Part shown: one piece after another, positions 48,854 through 61,400 of the stretch | How positions within the stretch are numbered: position 1 is the stretch's first letter | How the letters are laid out: every line of letters starts with the position of its first letter | DNA from: Octopus sinensis | Lineage: Eukaryota | Length of the DNA: 64,000 nucleotides | Reading direction: 5' to 3' | Assembly (NCBI RefSeq): GCF_006345805.1 | Contig: NC_042997.1 | Location: forward strand, 137,888,001-137,952,000 | Notes under the pieces: model-generated | Seen by the model: the letters and a program-made list of their open reading frames with translations, nothing else | The model's database searches: none | What the model was told of the DNA's origin: nothing | Position numbers and translations under genes: made by a program

Positions 48854-50590
48854 TATGTTTTATGTCAAGTGGTTGGTGATGAAGGTGGTGGTTCTTGTTG
48901 ACTCAGTCTAGCTGAAGATTAAGCTTTAACATACGTGTATATGTGTGTGTATACACATGTGAGTGCGTATATTTTATGTCAAGTGTTTTGTGTTGTTGTT
49001 ACTCAGACTAGTAGAAGATTAAGCTATGACTATAGCAATTCACCAATCCTCAAATTGATTGGCATGTTGGAGTTGGGAAGGGTATTCTATGAGGCTGATG
49101 CTTTTTCAGTTACCAAAATTGGTATCTTGTATTTCCGAATTTAAATCATTGGCCTTCATGTGCCATGCTTACAAGTGTTGGTAATTATGAACCTCCACAC
49201 ACTTCTGTCCTACACACAACTTGATGCATTATTGGGCCTGTTATTCTGAAACCAGCTGGTAAGGCCATCTAGTATCATCTCTCTAACTTACCCATCTTTT
49301 TTTAGCTTTTAGTCTTCTTTAGCTGTCACAGCTCAAGGTTTGAGCTCAGAATTTAAGGAACTAAAATGGACACCACAACACATCTCATCCAATTTTCTTA
49401 TTTTTCATATAATTAATTATAACTTTCCAACCCTGTCTCTGTATCTACCATTGGCACAAGGCCAGCAATTTAGTTAAGAGGGCTGGTCAATTACCTTGAC
49501 TCCAGTGCTGGACTGGTACCTACTTAATTGGTCCCACAAGGATGAAAAGCTCAGTCAACCTTGATGGAATTTGAACTCATTTTCTGAGTGCTAACAGTTC
49601 TGCCAGCTTGTCACCTTTGACTATTCTAATGCTACTGTTGTTATCTTACTTGTTTCAGTCATAAGACTGCGACCTTACCAAGGTACCAATTTGAAGAATA
49701 TTTCGTCAAATGAATTGACCTCAGTACTTTTTTTTTTTTTTTTGTAAATCCTGGTACTTATCTACCAGTTTCTTTTGCTGAACCACTAAGTTACAGGGAT
49801 GTAAAACACACCAACATCAATTGTCAAACAGTAGTGGGGACAAACACACACACACACACACAATGGGCTTCTTTCAGTTTCTTCCAACCAAATTCATCCA
49901 CAAGGCTTTGATCAGCCCAAGTTTATTGAAGAAAACACTTGCCCAAAGTCCCACATGGTGGGACTGAACCCAGAACCATGTGGTTGGGAAGCAAACTTCT
50001 CACCACACAGCTACAAATTTTCAGACCAACAAGAAAGCTTCATAAAAACAAAACAAGAAGGTTAATTTCTTGACAAGTTAAAACTGCAAACTGAATTAGT
50101 TGCTTTCAGCTCATTTACATTGCAAATATTTCCACTCTTTTTTAAAGATTTATGTCAGTCTCATTTCATTCTGTTATAAAATTTTGGTAGTGTGTCTCAA
50201 GAAATTCATCTTAAGAATGATATTTAAATGCCAACTATAAAAGATCTATGCCAAAAACCTCATTCATTTTTTCAGGAATTACATAAACATCCATTCCACT
50301 CTGTTGTAGAGAAAGAAAAAAACTAATGATAAATTGCAAAGAAACACTTCATTATCGTCGTTTTAATATCCACTTCTCCATGCTTACATGGGTCAGACGG
50401 AATTTACTGAGGCAGATTTTCTATGGCTGGACACCCTTTGTCATCAGCATCATCATCAGTTTCCAAATAGGGTAAAATTTCCCCATGACTAGACATCTTC
50501 TTGCAGAATATTGGAAATGAATGATACTCTGTATGACAGTGGCACGCATTTATAACATGATGTCAAAGCAAAGTGACAAGCACACTAATT

Positions 50591-50595
<5 letters not shown>

Positions 50596-50622
<27 letters not shown>

Positions 50623-50631
50623 GCGTGTGTG

Positions 50632-50685
<54 letters not shown>

Positions 50686-50745
50686 TTTATATGTATATAT
50701 GTATGTATATATATGTGTATGTATGTATGTATGTATGTATACACA
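50596..50745. repeat. Long (TA)n/(TATG)n microsatellite within a SINE (representative of many)
   Basis: Directly visible. Other (TA)n tracts at 10362-10396, 10740-10762, 33380-33420 and 33993-34030. Confidence 0.9.
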
Positions 50746-50880
50746 CAAGCTTCTTTCAGTTTCTATTAAATCAACCCAAGACTGCTTGACTTGAGGCTAT
50801 AGAAGATAGTTGCTCAAGGTGCCACACTGTGGGATTGAACCCAAAACCATGTGGTTGGAAAGGAAACTTCACCACACATC

Positions 50881-51225
50881 ATCATCATCATCATTTAGTG
50901 TCTGTTCTCCATGCTAGCATGGATTGGACGGTTCAACTGGGGTCTGTGAAACTGGAAGGCTTCATCAGGCCCAGTCAGATCTGGTAGTGTTTCTACGGCT
51001 GGATGCCCTTCCTAACGCCAACCACTCCGTGCTTTTTACGTGCCACCCGCACAGGTGCCAAACAGAGCTGGCAAACGGCCAGGAACGGATGGTGCTTTTA
51101 CGTGTCACCGGCACGGGGGCCAGGCGAGGCTGGCAACGGACACAAACGGATGGTGCTTTTACGTGCCACCAACAGGGGGGCCAGACAGAGCTGGCAAACG
51201 GCCACAAAACGGAACCATGAGAAAA
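50881..51225 (-). mobile_element. Short copy of the RTE 3'UTR/(TGA)n tail (representative)
   Basis: Reverse complement of 13080-13400. Similar copies at about 388-640, 10401-10735, 11331-11670, 15161-15560, 16921-17120, 19141-19340, 22985-23395, 58030-58305. Confidence 0.8.
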
Positions 51226-51689
51226 CACTATCTTTTATGCTCTATTGCAAGAATAAGTTTTCCATGTTAATTATAATAATGTATTGGCAGAATCATTAAT
51301 GAGTCAGATAAAATACCTTGCAGGTTTGTTCCAGCTGTCTGTGCTTCAAGTTCAAATCCTATAAACTTACCCATTCATCCTTGCAGAGTAGATAAACAGA
51401 GTGCTAGTGCAGGGTAGAGGTTTAATTGTATTGTTAGTACACCTTGTATTATCTCTACTGGCTCTTTGAATTCCGAGTTCAAACTGTGATCACAATTAAT
51501 TATGAAAGCTACAATGGGTAGAGGAAGATTATGGTTGTAGGTTACTGGAGTTGAACAATAATAATGGTAATTATGTTAATTTATTTATTCTATAAGCAGT
51601 TCTACTTTTCAATGGCCTCCAGTGTATACCCTTGAATGTTTACTTTGTGGATCTCTCAATACTAGTTTTGGCAAATATGAAGACCATGC

Positions 51690-52025
51690 TGCTTTTGTCT
51701 TTCACATATGCCAAAATCAAATCTAGCACAGCTCCCATGATTTTCGGAAATATTTTTTCACGCTAAGAGTTGCTGAAGCATGGGACAGACTGCCAGCATC
51801 AGTTGTTAGTTATCAAAGCACTGCATTGTTCAAAACTTCCATGCTTCCTGAGATTCGCCAACACTACACCTGATTTTCTCCCCTCCATACACACGCAAGC
51901 ATGTATCTGACTCATACACTGTTCGCTTTCCAGACATTTGTACATTACTGCATATACTTCATATACACTTTTGACAAGTTGTGGTGCACCTGAGCACTGT
52001 ATACAATAATTTCATTATATATTAT
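51690..52025 (+). mobile_element. CR1-type LINE 3' end
   Basis: HSSHDFRKYFFTLRVAEAWDRLPASVV...HYT* (stop 51871-51873) matches the CR1 ORF2 C-terminal RKxFFxxRVxxxWNxLP motif; followed by a 3'UTR ending in an (ATT/TA)-rich tail. Confidence 0.7.
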
Positions 52026-52509
52026 ATAAAATTAGTTATCTACTAATATTGGTTTTTTTCTCCTTGTGAACATCATTTTAATGTCTGCTTTCTCTATGCT
52101 GGCACCGAGTGGGCAAAACTTTATGAGGCAATATTCTATCAGTGAATGCCTTTACTTGAAAACAGTTAATGTTTGATTATAGAAAAGTATTTACATTTCA
52201 CTGATCTTCTCATATCAAAATCAATGAAATCACCAAGCTACAAAATGTGTTGTTTAAAGGAGATGTAAACAAAGTCACTGTCACCTACAACAGTGTCAAT
52301 GTGAAAACAAGCAGAAATAAACTTATGCACACACAGATACTAGTCAGTCGATCCAGTAGGTGGAGCTTCACTTCAATGATGGGAGCTGAAGTGCTGTAAA
52401 GTCATTGAGAGGAAGGCCGCAAAACAGAGCATGTTTTCTTCTGATAACTCTTGAAACATACAGACATCTGGTATGCAGAGTTTTTGATTAGCATCAATTG
52501 CACAAGCAA

Positions 52510-52655
52510 GCTGTTTTCAAGTTATATATGCATGAATGTGCACTAGTATAGCTAGAGTATGTACCACTTGGGGTAGCCCTTCAGTTTGCTGCCCCAAGTG
52601 GTACATACTCTAGCTATACTAGTGCACATTCATGCATATATAACTTGAAAACAGC
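52510..52655. repeat. Perfect inverted repeat, 64-bp arms, 18-nt spacer
   Basis: 52510-52573 is the exact reverse complement of 52592-52655. Confidence 0.95.
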
Positions 52656-54211
52656 ATATTGGCTACAGCAGACCCAAAAGTGGAGCCCCTTTAAAAGTGC
52701 TGCCCAGGGCAGACTGCCCCTACCCCACACTATGCTAGTGTGCATGTGCACACACACACATTCTTTTACTTTTTTTTCAGTCACTGGACTGCAGCTATGC
52801 TGGGGCACTTAGTCAATGTTATATTTTCTAAATTTGACATTTATAATACCAGTCTCTTAGCTATTTTAAAATTATTTCAGAAGAAACAAATACACACACA
52901 CATTTGTCCATTTCTTATTACATCATTTTACAGCTGAATGCCCTTCCTGTCACTCTAGTAACCCTTTTGTTACCATAATCCTGTTGAAATACACTACTTT
53001 TGTTTCAATTTATTTTGATGATAATGAAGAATTTGGTAAGATAATTATCATTATTAAGCTGATGTTTGGAACAAAAATTAACATGAGATTTTACTAGAAG
53101 GTTTTAATTTAGCTCACTTTAAAGCAAGAAATTTGTATCACAGAATCAAGGGTGGCCTCAAGAGGGTCAGTATCAAAAGGGTTAAATTAAGAAATATCTC
53201 ATTCTACATGTCTTTAGAGGTGAAAAACCTCCAGATCACCTGTTGACAGGAGGAAATGACAGCAACATTACCACCTGTAACAGTGCTTCTTGTAGAGTGT
53301 AAGCAAAGATTCACATATATGCATAGGCGCCCACACACACAAAATAGTAGGCTTCTTTCAGTTTCTGTCCATCAGATCCATTCACAAGGTATTGGTTGGA
53401 CCATGGCTATAGTATAAGGCACTAGTCCAAGGTGCTTTGCAGTGGGACTGGATCTGAAACCACATGTACCTATCAACATATTTAATGAAGAGTATATCAA
53501 ATAGCTAAAAATAAAAATGTATAGTGAAAAGAGCAGGAAATAACATTAGTCAATGACATGCTATTTCAAAAATTTTCAGCAAATGTGGGCAATAATGTCA
53601 TATGTTTCATATTTATTATGACTTCATTAAAAAGCAAAACATTCACTGAACTAAGTGATGAAAAAACTAGGGAACCAAATTACTCTTAACTTACACGTGT
53701 CTACCTCTAAAAAGAGGAGATGGCCATGGCTGAAATACCTTTGATCATAGACATGCTTGATCAGGGCTGACAACAATTGTAAATGTGTGTTTGAGTGATC
53801 AGAAACTGTATATCACAAAATAAAGGGTAAAGATCCCCTTCAGTTATAAATTACCCCATGAGATTGCACCTAGAAAGTTTCCCTCCAAAGCACATCCAGG
53901 CAAGGTTGTTTATGGAAGACCAACAGTTGCCTATGCATACCAGCCTCTCCTCTCCATGCCACCAATGTATCCAAGGGAAAGGCAAAGACTAATACAGCTT
54001 GGCACCAGTAACATCACAACTCATTTCCACAGCTGAGTGAACTGGAGCAATGTGAAATACAGTGTCTGGCTCAAGAACACAACACACACCCCAGTCCAGC
54101 AATTGAACTCACTACCTTATGATTGTAAGTCTGATGTTCTAAGCACTGAGGCATGTGTCACAGCTTAATAGGGTGTTTGGCATACTGAGAATTAATTTCT
54201 TAGCTGTTTAA

Positions 54212-54413
54212 CCCCTTTGATACCAACCTTTGGTTCTAAGATGCTTACTTTCTATTTAAAGATGATCTGAACATTCTGTTAAAATTTCAAGTAAATTTAT
54301 GTTCCAAACAACAGTTTAATAATGACAAATTTCTTTTACAAAATTGTTCATTATTTTCAAAATTAAATAAAACAAAGACAATATATTTCAACAGAAATAT
54401 GATAACAAAAGGG
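54212..54413. mobile_element. piggyBac-type MITE
   Basis: TTAA|CCCCTTTGATACC ... GATAACAAAAGGG|TTAA. A related copy is at 52962-53181 and a partial one at about 11190-11330. Confidence 0.75.
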
Positions 54414-56249
54414 TTAAACAGCAGGACAGAAGTGTATCAGAAACTGTGAAGTGGTAAGTAAATGATTTATGGTGTTTAATTAAATTTCTTTACATTCTGA
54501 TCTGAAATCTCAACTTTTCTGGTATCAAATGATTATGATAGCAAGTAAATACTTGGATTTATTCATTTTGCTAGATCTCACACCTAGAATGTTTGATCGT
54601 GTGCAGTGTTTCTCAACCATTTCCTGTCTGTGAACCCCTTTGATTCCTGTTTTTACTCTGCTGGACCTCCAATAGCCATTTGCTATATATTTTAAGAAAA
54701 GGCCTACACTATTTTCATAACTAAATAGTATTAAGAATTATTTTTTTTAAAAATAAAGATATTGTGCATGGAGAATTATAACCAATTTTTTGCCCATAAA
54801 TTTCATCAACAAAAGCTTATGTGGTCTACCAAGGGCCATATGGACCCTGACCTAGTGAGAAAACATTGTTTACGGTGAGCCAATGAATCAGCCATGATAT
54901 AGTCAATTTAGTAGAAATAGCAGTTAAATCTCCCTCAAATGACATTCTACTGTCTTAAAAGCTCAACAGATACCTTGGATAATCTACTCCTAGATGTATT
55001 ATAACTGAAAAATAGTATTGTTATGACTAGAATAGTTTTGATCATAGGTCTGTTTAATCAGGGTTAGAACAATTATTGCTTAGGAGGATGAAGAATTGGA
55101 ATAAGAGAAGAGTTTTTTTTTTTTTCATTAGGTGAAATAATTAGGTAATAACAATGGTTAGTCCACATTACTCTGTAAGGAACACAGGGTCAGTTTCCAA
55201 GTTTCTCTGGTGTGTATATTCCTTTCTGGATGAGAGGCTAGTCCATTGCAGGATTACTCATTTTTACCAGGTGGGTGAACTGGAGCAACAGGAAATGAAA
55301 TGTTTTGCTCAAGAACACAACGCATTGCCCAGTCCAGGAAGCAAAACCAGAATTTTACAATCATGAGTCCAACAACCTAACCCATGTGCCTCCACTGTAG
55401 ATAATATCATAATACAAGTATTCAATTTGCCATATAGAGTAAACTTCCTCCTATTTGACACCCCTGGAACCAGAGGCTTACTGGATAACTTGTTCTGGAT
55501 ATCAAATCATCACTTTTTAAACTACCATAGCACTTTACAAAACACATTCACACCATATATACACCAGTGTTATCATTAATATAGTAACATGTGGCTTACT
55601 GGTTCAGGTGCTACACTAAAGATTGTGATTTCAGTTCCTGGAATAGGCAATGCATTGTGTTGTTAAGCAAGATATTTAATTTCACATTGTCCCAATTAGC
55701 TCAGCTGGCAAAAATGAGTAATTCTGCAATGGACCAGTGTCCAATCAAGGAAAGGAGGGGTATATATGCCACAGAATCTGGGAAACCAGTTTTATGAGCC
55801 AATGGCTCAAGAAATACCTTTGGTCCATTTTTTTTATTATCATTATAATGAATGCAGTCATTAAAAAGTGATGAATTTAATGCATTCAAGATTTCACAGC
55901 TCTAGTATCACTCCTTCATAGTCAGCCTATGAATTTTTCAGCCCACCCTTGTATGTACCCGAGTAACAAATGGTATTTGTAATCAACTGTCCGCCTCTCA
56001 CAAAGTTTCAGGCCTTGTGCTGGAAGCTTTGGTGGAAGGAGACAGTTGATTACATCTATCCCAGTGCTCAACTGATACCTATTTCATTGACCCCCCAAAA
56101 GGATGAAAGGCAAAGTCGACATTGGTGGAATTTGAACTCAGAACAGAGACATGAAATGCCACTAAACATTTTGTCAGGTATGCTACCCAGCTAGCTCAGT
56201 CAGTAAAGCACAATGTAAGACTCTCTTTCTTCCTTTTAATGACAATTAA

Positions 56250-57000
56250 TTAACACCAATTCTATTGGCATGATGAAGGTTTCTGCTTGGTGGGCACCAT
56301 ATCTTCTGACACCAGATCAAAAGCCCACCAGGTTGATTACATCACAGAAAAATTTGACATTTTTTGAGGCAGATCCAGCTGGTTTCCTTGAAAATTTCCT
56401 AAAACAGGATGAATGTTGGTTTCATCACTTTGAGCCAGAGACAAAGAGACAATCTATGCAGTGGAAACACTCATCCTTGCCTGCTGCAAAGAAGGTCAAG
56501 GTAATTTCATGTACAGAGAGTATGATGGCCTCAGCTTTTGGGATGCAAAAAGGGCCACGCCATCAATGGAGAGTACTGTACCAACTCAGGCAGTTACAAA
56601 AGGCTATCATGACCAATTGCCCAGGAAAACTGATGAATGGAGTCTTGTTTCATCAGGACAATGTTCCAGTACACAAGTCTTTGGTTTCAATGGCTGCTGT
56701 GCAAGACTGGATTTTATCTGGTTGATCATCATCTCTAATCTCCTGATTTGACTCCATCTGACTCATCTGCTCCCCAGCATGCAAAAACACTTGGCTGCAT
56801 CAATATCACAGTCATGATAATATCATGTCTACTGTTGACGACTATTTTGACCAACATGATGAAAGCTTCTTCAACAATGGAATGCAAACACTGCAACACC
56901 GATGGAAGAAGTGTGTGGGCTGCAAGGTATACTATATTGAAAAATAAATCTCATTTAGTTACATTCCATGAAAGTATCTTGGTCAGCCTATGAACTTTTC
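56250..57000 (+). mobile_element. Decayed irritans-type (Himar1-like) mariner
   Basis: MKVSAWWAPYLLTPDQK...QDECWFHHFEPETKRQSMQWKH...MMASAF (cf. Himar1 KVMASVFWD), FHQDNVPVH; ends ggtcagcctatgaacttttc. A second copy of this 3' terminus is at 55921-55953. Confidence 0.8.
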
Positions 57001-60000
57001 ATATATTGACTACTTTCATCACCACTATTGTGTCCACCAATTCCTCAGTCCTTCCTCACTAGCCACAATACCCAGGCCTTTGTTCCCAGAATGTTGACTG
57101 TCCCGAAATTCCCTTTCTGCATATCCCTTGCCTGCAGTTGTCTATTTGCAACAGTTTAGGTGGAACATTAATGGTATCAATCTCATCAGTCTTGTATGTG
57201 TCTATGCAAAAGTCATGGGCATAGCCTTTTCTCTTAACCAAGCATAGAACAAAAAATGGGGTATGGTTTGAGGGAGATTTTATTGATATTTCTAGCAGGT
57301 CAAGTGACCACAGGGTCACAGTGGTCATAAACTTTCTGCCACCAAGTACCTATTTTTATTAAAATTTTTCCACAGACCTCACCAAGCTTTTGAAAGGTCT
57401 AGCAACTCAATAAGCCAATTCTTAACAATAAGTTTGGTTTCTGCTTCATCTCTCAAATACAAAGATATATGCAACTGAATATTTATATGTAACAGTAATT
57501 ATAAAGCAGTCTTTTAAAATTTTAAACACATCTTATGGACCCCAAGTAGAGAACCACTGATTTAGGGGTTCCATCTTTGACTTGCAACACATACATAAGT
57601 GTTTTGTTATTGATGACTGTTCCATCATACAAAGGAAACTATCCAATCCTTTCAGTTTCACTTACTGTATTATATCACACCTTGATTATTAAAGAAAATG
57701 TAAACTGACTATCCTTGTCAAATAAAGATACTAATGGATTAGTTTCACAATGGACTTGGCTGATAACCAGTTATATGCTGTATGTCATAACAGGAATTTG
57801 ACATAACCCTTTAGCATTCAGATTTCTTTGTCAATCTATTGCTTATTTTTATTCACATTGTTTTGAATTAATCATGCATTGTCTTCTAGCTTCAAGATTT
57901 CAATGACATGTTTGTATGTTTTCAGAATGACATTCTACAGTAGGTGTGATTCATGGGTTTGCCAAATATCTCGATACATTTGTTTAACCCATGCTAGCAT
58001 GATAAAAAAAGCTGATGTAAAAATTAATGGACTGTCCGTTGCCAGCCTCGCCTGGCCCCCGTGCCGGTGGCACGTAAAAGCACCATCCGTTCGTGGCCAT
58101 TTGCCAGCTCCGTCTGGCACCTGTGCGGGTGGCACGTAAAGGAAGATTACACTACACTCACGGGGTGGTTGGCGTTAGGAAGGGCATCCAGCCGTAGAAA
58201 CACTGCCAGATCTGACTGGGCCTGATGCGGCCTTCCGGCTTCACAGACCCCAGTCGAACAGTCCAACCCATGCTAGCATGGAAAACGGACGCTAAATGAT
58301 GATGAATGATGATTAACTATAATTGTGATAAACTTAACAGCTAAAAGTAACACGATGCCAATAAGTTGCCATTGTTTCTAATCGTTAAAAGCAGTTCAAT
58401 TTTTTCTAAGTCTAGAAACAGTTGAACAAGTAGCCTTGTGCAAAGTGAATTGGTTATAAAATACTTAACCCTCCTACTACTACCACCAAAAGTCCACAGG
58501 AAAGACTCTTCATAAGCCAATAGGAGAATCCTTTCACAAGCCAACATGGAAGCATCTTTGTAGTTACTCAACCTGCAGTCTTCATAATCAAGACACAGGT
58601 AAAGGGAAGTCACCCTCAGCTACTAATGTATGGAATTACTCACCAAAATACTCCAAACCTCTAACCCCTGGGTATACTGTCTTCTTACTCTACTTTATCT
58701 AGAGCTATGACAATAATCTCTGCTTCTCAGCTCTGGTTGATCTTATACAACTTCCACTCAGGTACTCCCAATTCATTTACCTCTGCCTTTCTCATCCTCC
58801 ATATTCTGTCCTCTTCACAAATGTCACTAGCCAGTTTGCCTAGTTCTTTTTATTCCCAGAACATCAACCTTTTGAAATATCTTCCCAGCATTTGTTTTTC
58901 TTCTTTTTTTTCTTTTTTTTTCTTTTTGGTTTTCTTTCTCCGCTGTTACCTACATGCAACTGTTCAAGAGGAATATAAACTAGAGATTTATCTCACTGGT
59001 CTCGGAAGGCCTGTAAAGATCATGGATACTGCTCCTTCCTCCAGACAAACCAATTAATTAAAAAAAAATTTGAAAGAAAGAGAAATAATGAGGAAAATAT
59101 TGACAGAAATGGTTGAGTGTTAAACCAAATATCTTAGCAGTGAGATGTAAGTGTAATCCATAGCCCAGCTTGACATCACCATCTGCTACGACAGGTGCCT
59201 TTAGTGGAGTGTGTTCTGTTGCAAACTTTCAGGTCAGGTTTCTAGTTTGGTATTTCCTCCTTCCCACCCACCAGTCTCAAAGGACCTGCCTTCCCTCCTG
59301 ACTAAAAGAGCTAAGAAAAAAAAATTGAAATATTGTCGTTGCATTCCCTTTGTAGTCTGAATTCAAATCTTACCAATCTTTTGCATGTAGCCTACCAAAT
59401 GGTCAATAGAAAACATCAGAAATATACTGAGGTTGATTCTGTTGACTACATCTCATGCCTAAGGAAAATACGTCAATATCCCCTACACACACACACAGAG
59501 TTTCTGGTGGTTGTTGTTTAACCTCAGGTCTGCTATCATCAAGCAGGTCTATGATCAAAGGCATTCCATCCATGGCCACTTTAGAATTATGTAGGACTAC
59601 ATTCATCACTGTGTCTTCTTCTAAAGACAATAGTGTGTGCTTTAAGGGAAATTTGGTTGCTAGTTTTAGCAGGTTAGCAATTACATATCTTTTAGTTTGT
59701 TACCTCAGTTCATCCAACCTTAAATTGTTTCTCTTTGAAACAACAATTTCTTATTTATGAAACACTTTGGAAATTTGACCCAACATAACATTAATATAAA
59801 CAACTTTTCCCAAAGACTAATAAGTATTCTTTAATTAGGTAAACTGAGACATATACAATCTGTTTTGTCTATGGAGGGGAAAAAATTCTTTGGTGAGATT
59901 AAAACAAAATCCACAAGTTAACAGTATGCTGCCTCATCCTCTAAGCCATTTCTAATTGTTATCAAATGGATACTAGTATGGCAGTGCGTCTTATATGTTC

Positions 60001-60866
60001 ACTTTGTGACCACGCGATTCCATGTTAGAACTTGGTGGGTAACACATTCTCTAAATGTCTTTTACTATAGCCTCAAGTCGACTAGTACTTTCTTGGTGGA
60101 ATTTAGTAGTCAGAAACTGTGAGGGAGTTGAGTCATATGTGAGTGTCTGTCTGTCAGTCTGTCTCTGAAATGCATCTGTTCAATCAGAGCTGGACATGAG
60201 ACTAAACAACAACTGCAGGTATGTGGGGACATGGAAGTACATGTGTGGGAGTGGGGTGGGGGGATACTTATTTTCTTTAGGTATGAGCTGTAGTCAATGG
60301 CATCAATCTAAGTATAATACAGATGCTAGAAAACTAATGACATTCCTCTGTCAGTCTCACCATCAGAAGTTTTGTGAACTAGTGATTGGCCCATTGGAAA
60401 CCTATGATGTGATTTTACACAAACTGTTATGTAAATATAATAAAATTAGAATAAACTAATGTGTCATTCATCACATAGAATAATAAAACAAATGAATTAT
60501 TACATAAGCACAAGACTGAAAGTTATTTAAGAGCAAGAAGGGACAATAACTTAATTGAATCTGTTACTTATCAGCCGACATGTGTGGCTACAAAAAATAC
60601 ATGTTGATCATCATCATGTTGATGGCAGTAGGATTTGAACTTAGAACAAGACTAAATGCTACACAGCATTTGATATGATGCTATAGTTTCTGTGTTAAAT
60701 TATGAAATGAATACTCAAGTATATTATGATTAGATGGGAAGGACTAACAAGACAAATGACTAATTGTCATCATTTGAGGAAAATGTATTCAGAGACAAAG
60801 AGGAACAAACCATGCAAAACTTATTTAACTCTAAAAGAGAAATTTTGAAAGCAAATCTCAAAACTA

Positions 60867-60990
60867 TGAAATTTATGTAAGGAATTGTTCAACAGTGAAA
60901 TTTATATAAGAAATGGCTTAGCAGTGAAATTTATGGAAGAAACAGTTTAACAATGAAATTTATGTAAGGTGTGGACTTAAGTAAGGAATA
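60867..60990. repeat. 29-bp minisatellite (TGAAATTTAT-anchored, 4 units plus a remnant)
   Basis: TGAAATTTAT at 60867, 60896, 60925 and 60954. Confidence 0.85.
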
Positions 60991-61026
60991 GCTTACCAAC
61001 AAAGAAGATATCAGCAGGAAGCTTAC

Positions 61027-61108
61027 CCAACCATGATTTCTTTGGATGAAGATTTAAATGCTGCAGACATTCTATTGATACAGAGGGCAGTTCTTCGGTT
61101 GAATTCAT
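61027..61108 (-). CDS. HNF4: Candidate distal first coding exon of HNF4 (MNSTEELPSVSIECLQHLNLHPKKSWL+G; alternative donor at 60997 adds GKLPADIFFV)
   Basis: ATG at 61108, 27 open codons + 1 nt, TGG|GTAAGC donor in phase 1. A second TTG|GTAAGC donor lies 30 nt downstream, in frame. CCAAT boxes upstream. No transcript data. Confidence 0.5.
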
Positions 61109-61328
61109 AAGTTATTGTTCCTTCTTTTTGCAGTGTTATTTTTGTTGTTTTATTTTGGTGTTGTTACTGCTGTTTTCTAGTAGATGTTGTCAAAGGAGGG
61201 GGGATAAATTTAAATTATTTAAAAAAAAAAACAAAAAAACATATAGAGTTTTGAGAGCTATAGATGGTGTCGAGATTAACAGGAAGATTGAATGATAGTT
61301 ATCATTTTAGAAAGCATTTTCCTGGCAG

Positions 61329-61400
61329 GAGCCAATCACATTTTCAGAACACAGTTAAATACTGATAACCTACTACATATTAACAGAAGTGAACCAATCA
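61329..61400. promoter_or_regulatory. Two NF-Y-type CCAAT boxes upstream of the distal candidate exon
   Basis: AGCCAATCA (CCAAT 61332-61336) and AACCAATCA (61394-61398) both match RRCCAATCA, in non-repetitive sequence 220-290 nt upstream of the candidate ATG. Confidence 0.4.

Noticed and set aside
60187-60220. Plus-strand mini-exon (cag...CAG|GTATGT) of an antisense transcript
   Set aside because: Isolated splice-like motifs with no partner exons or coding signal.
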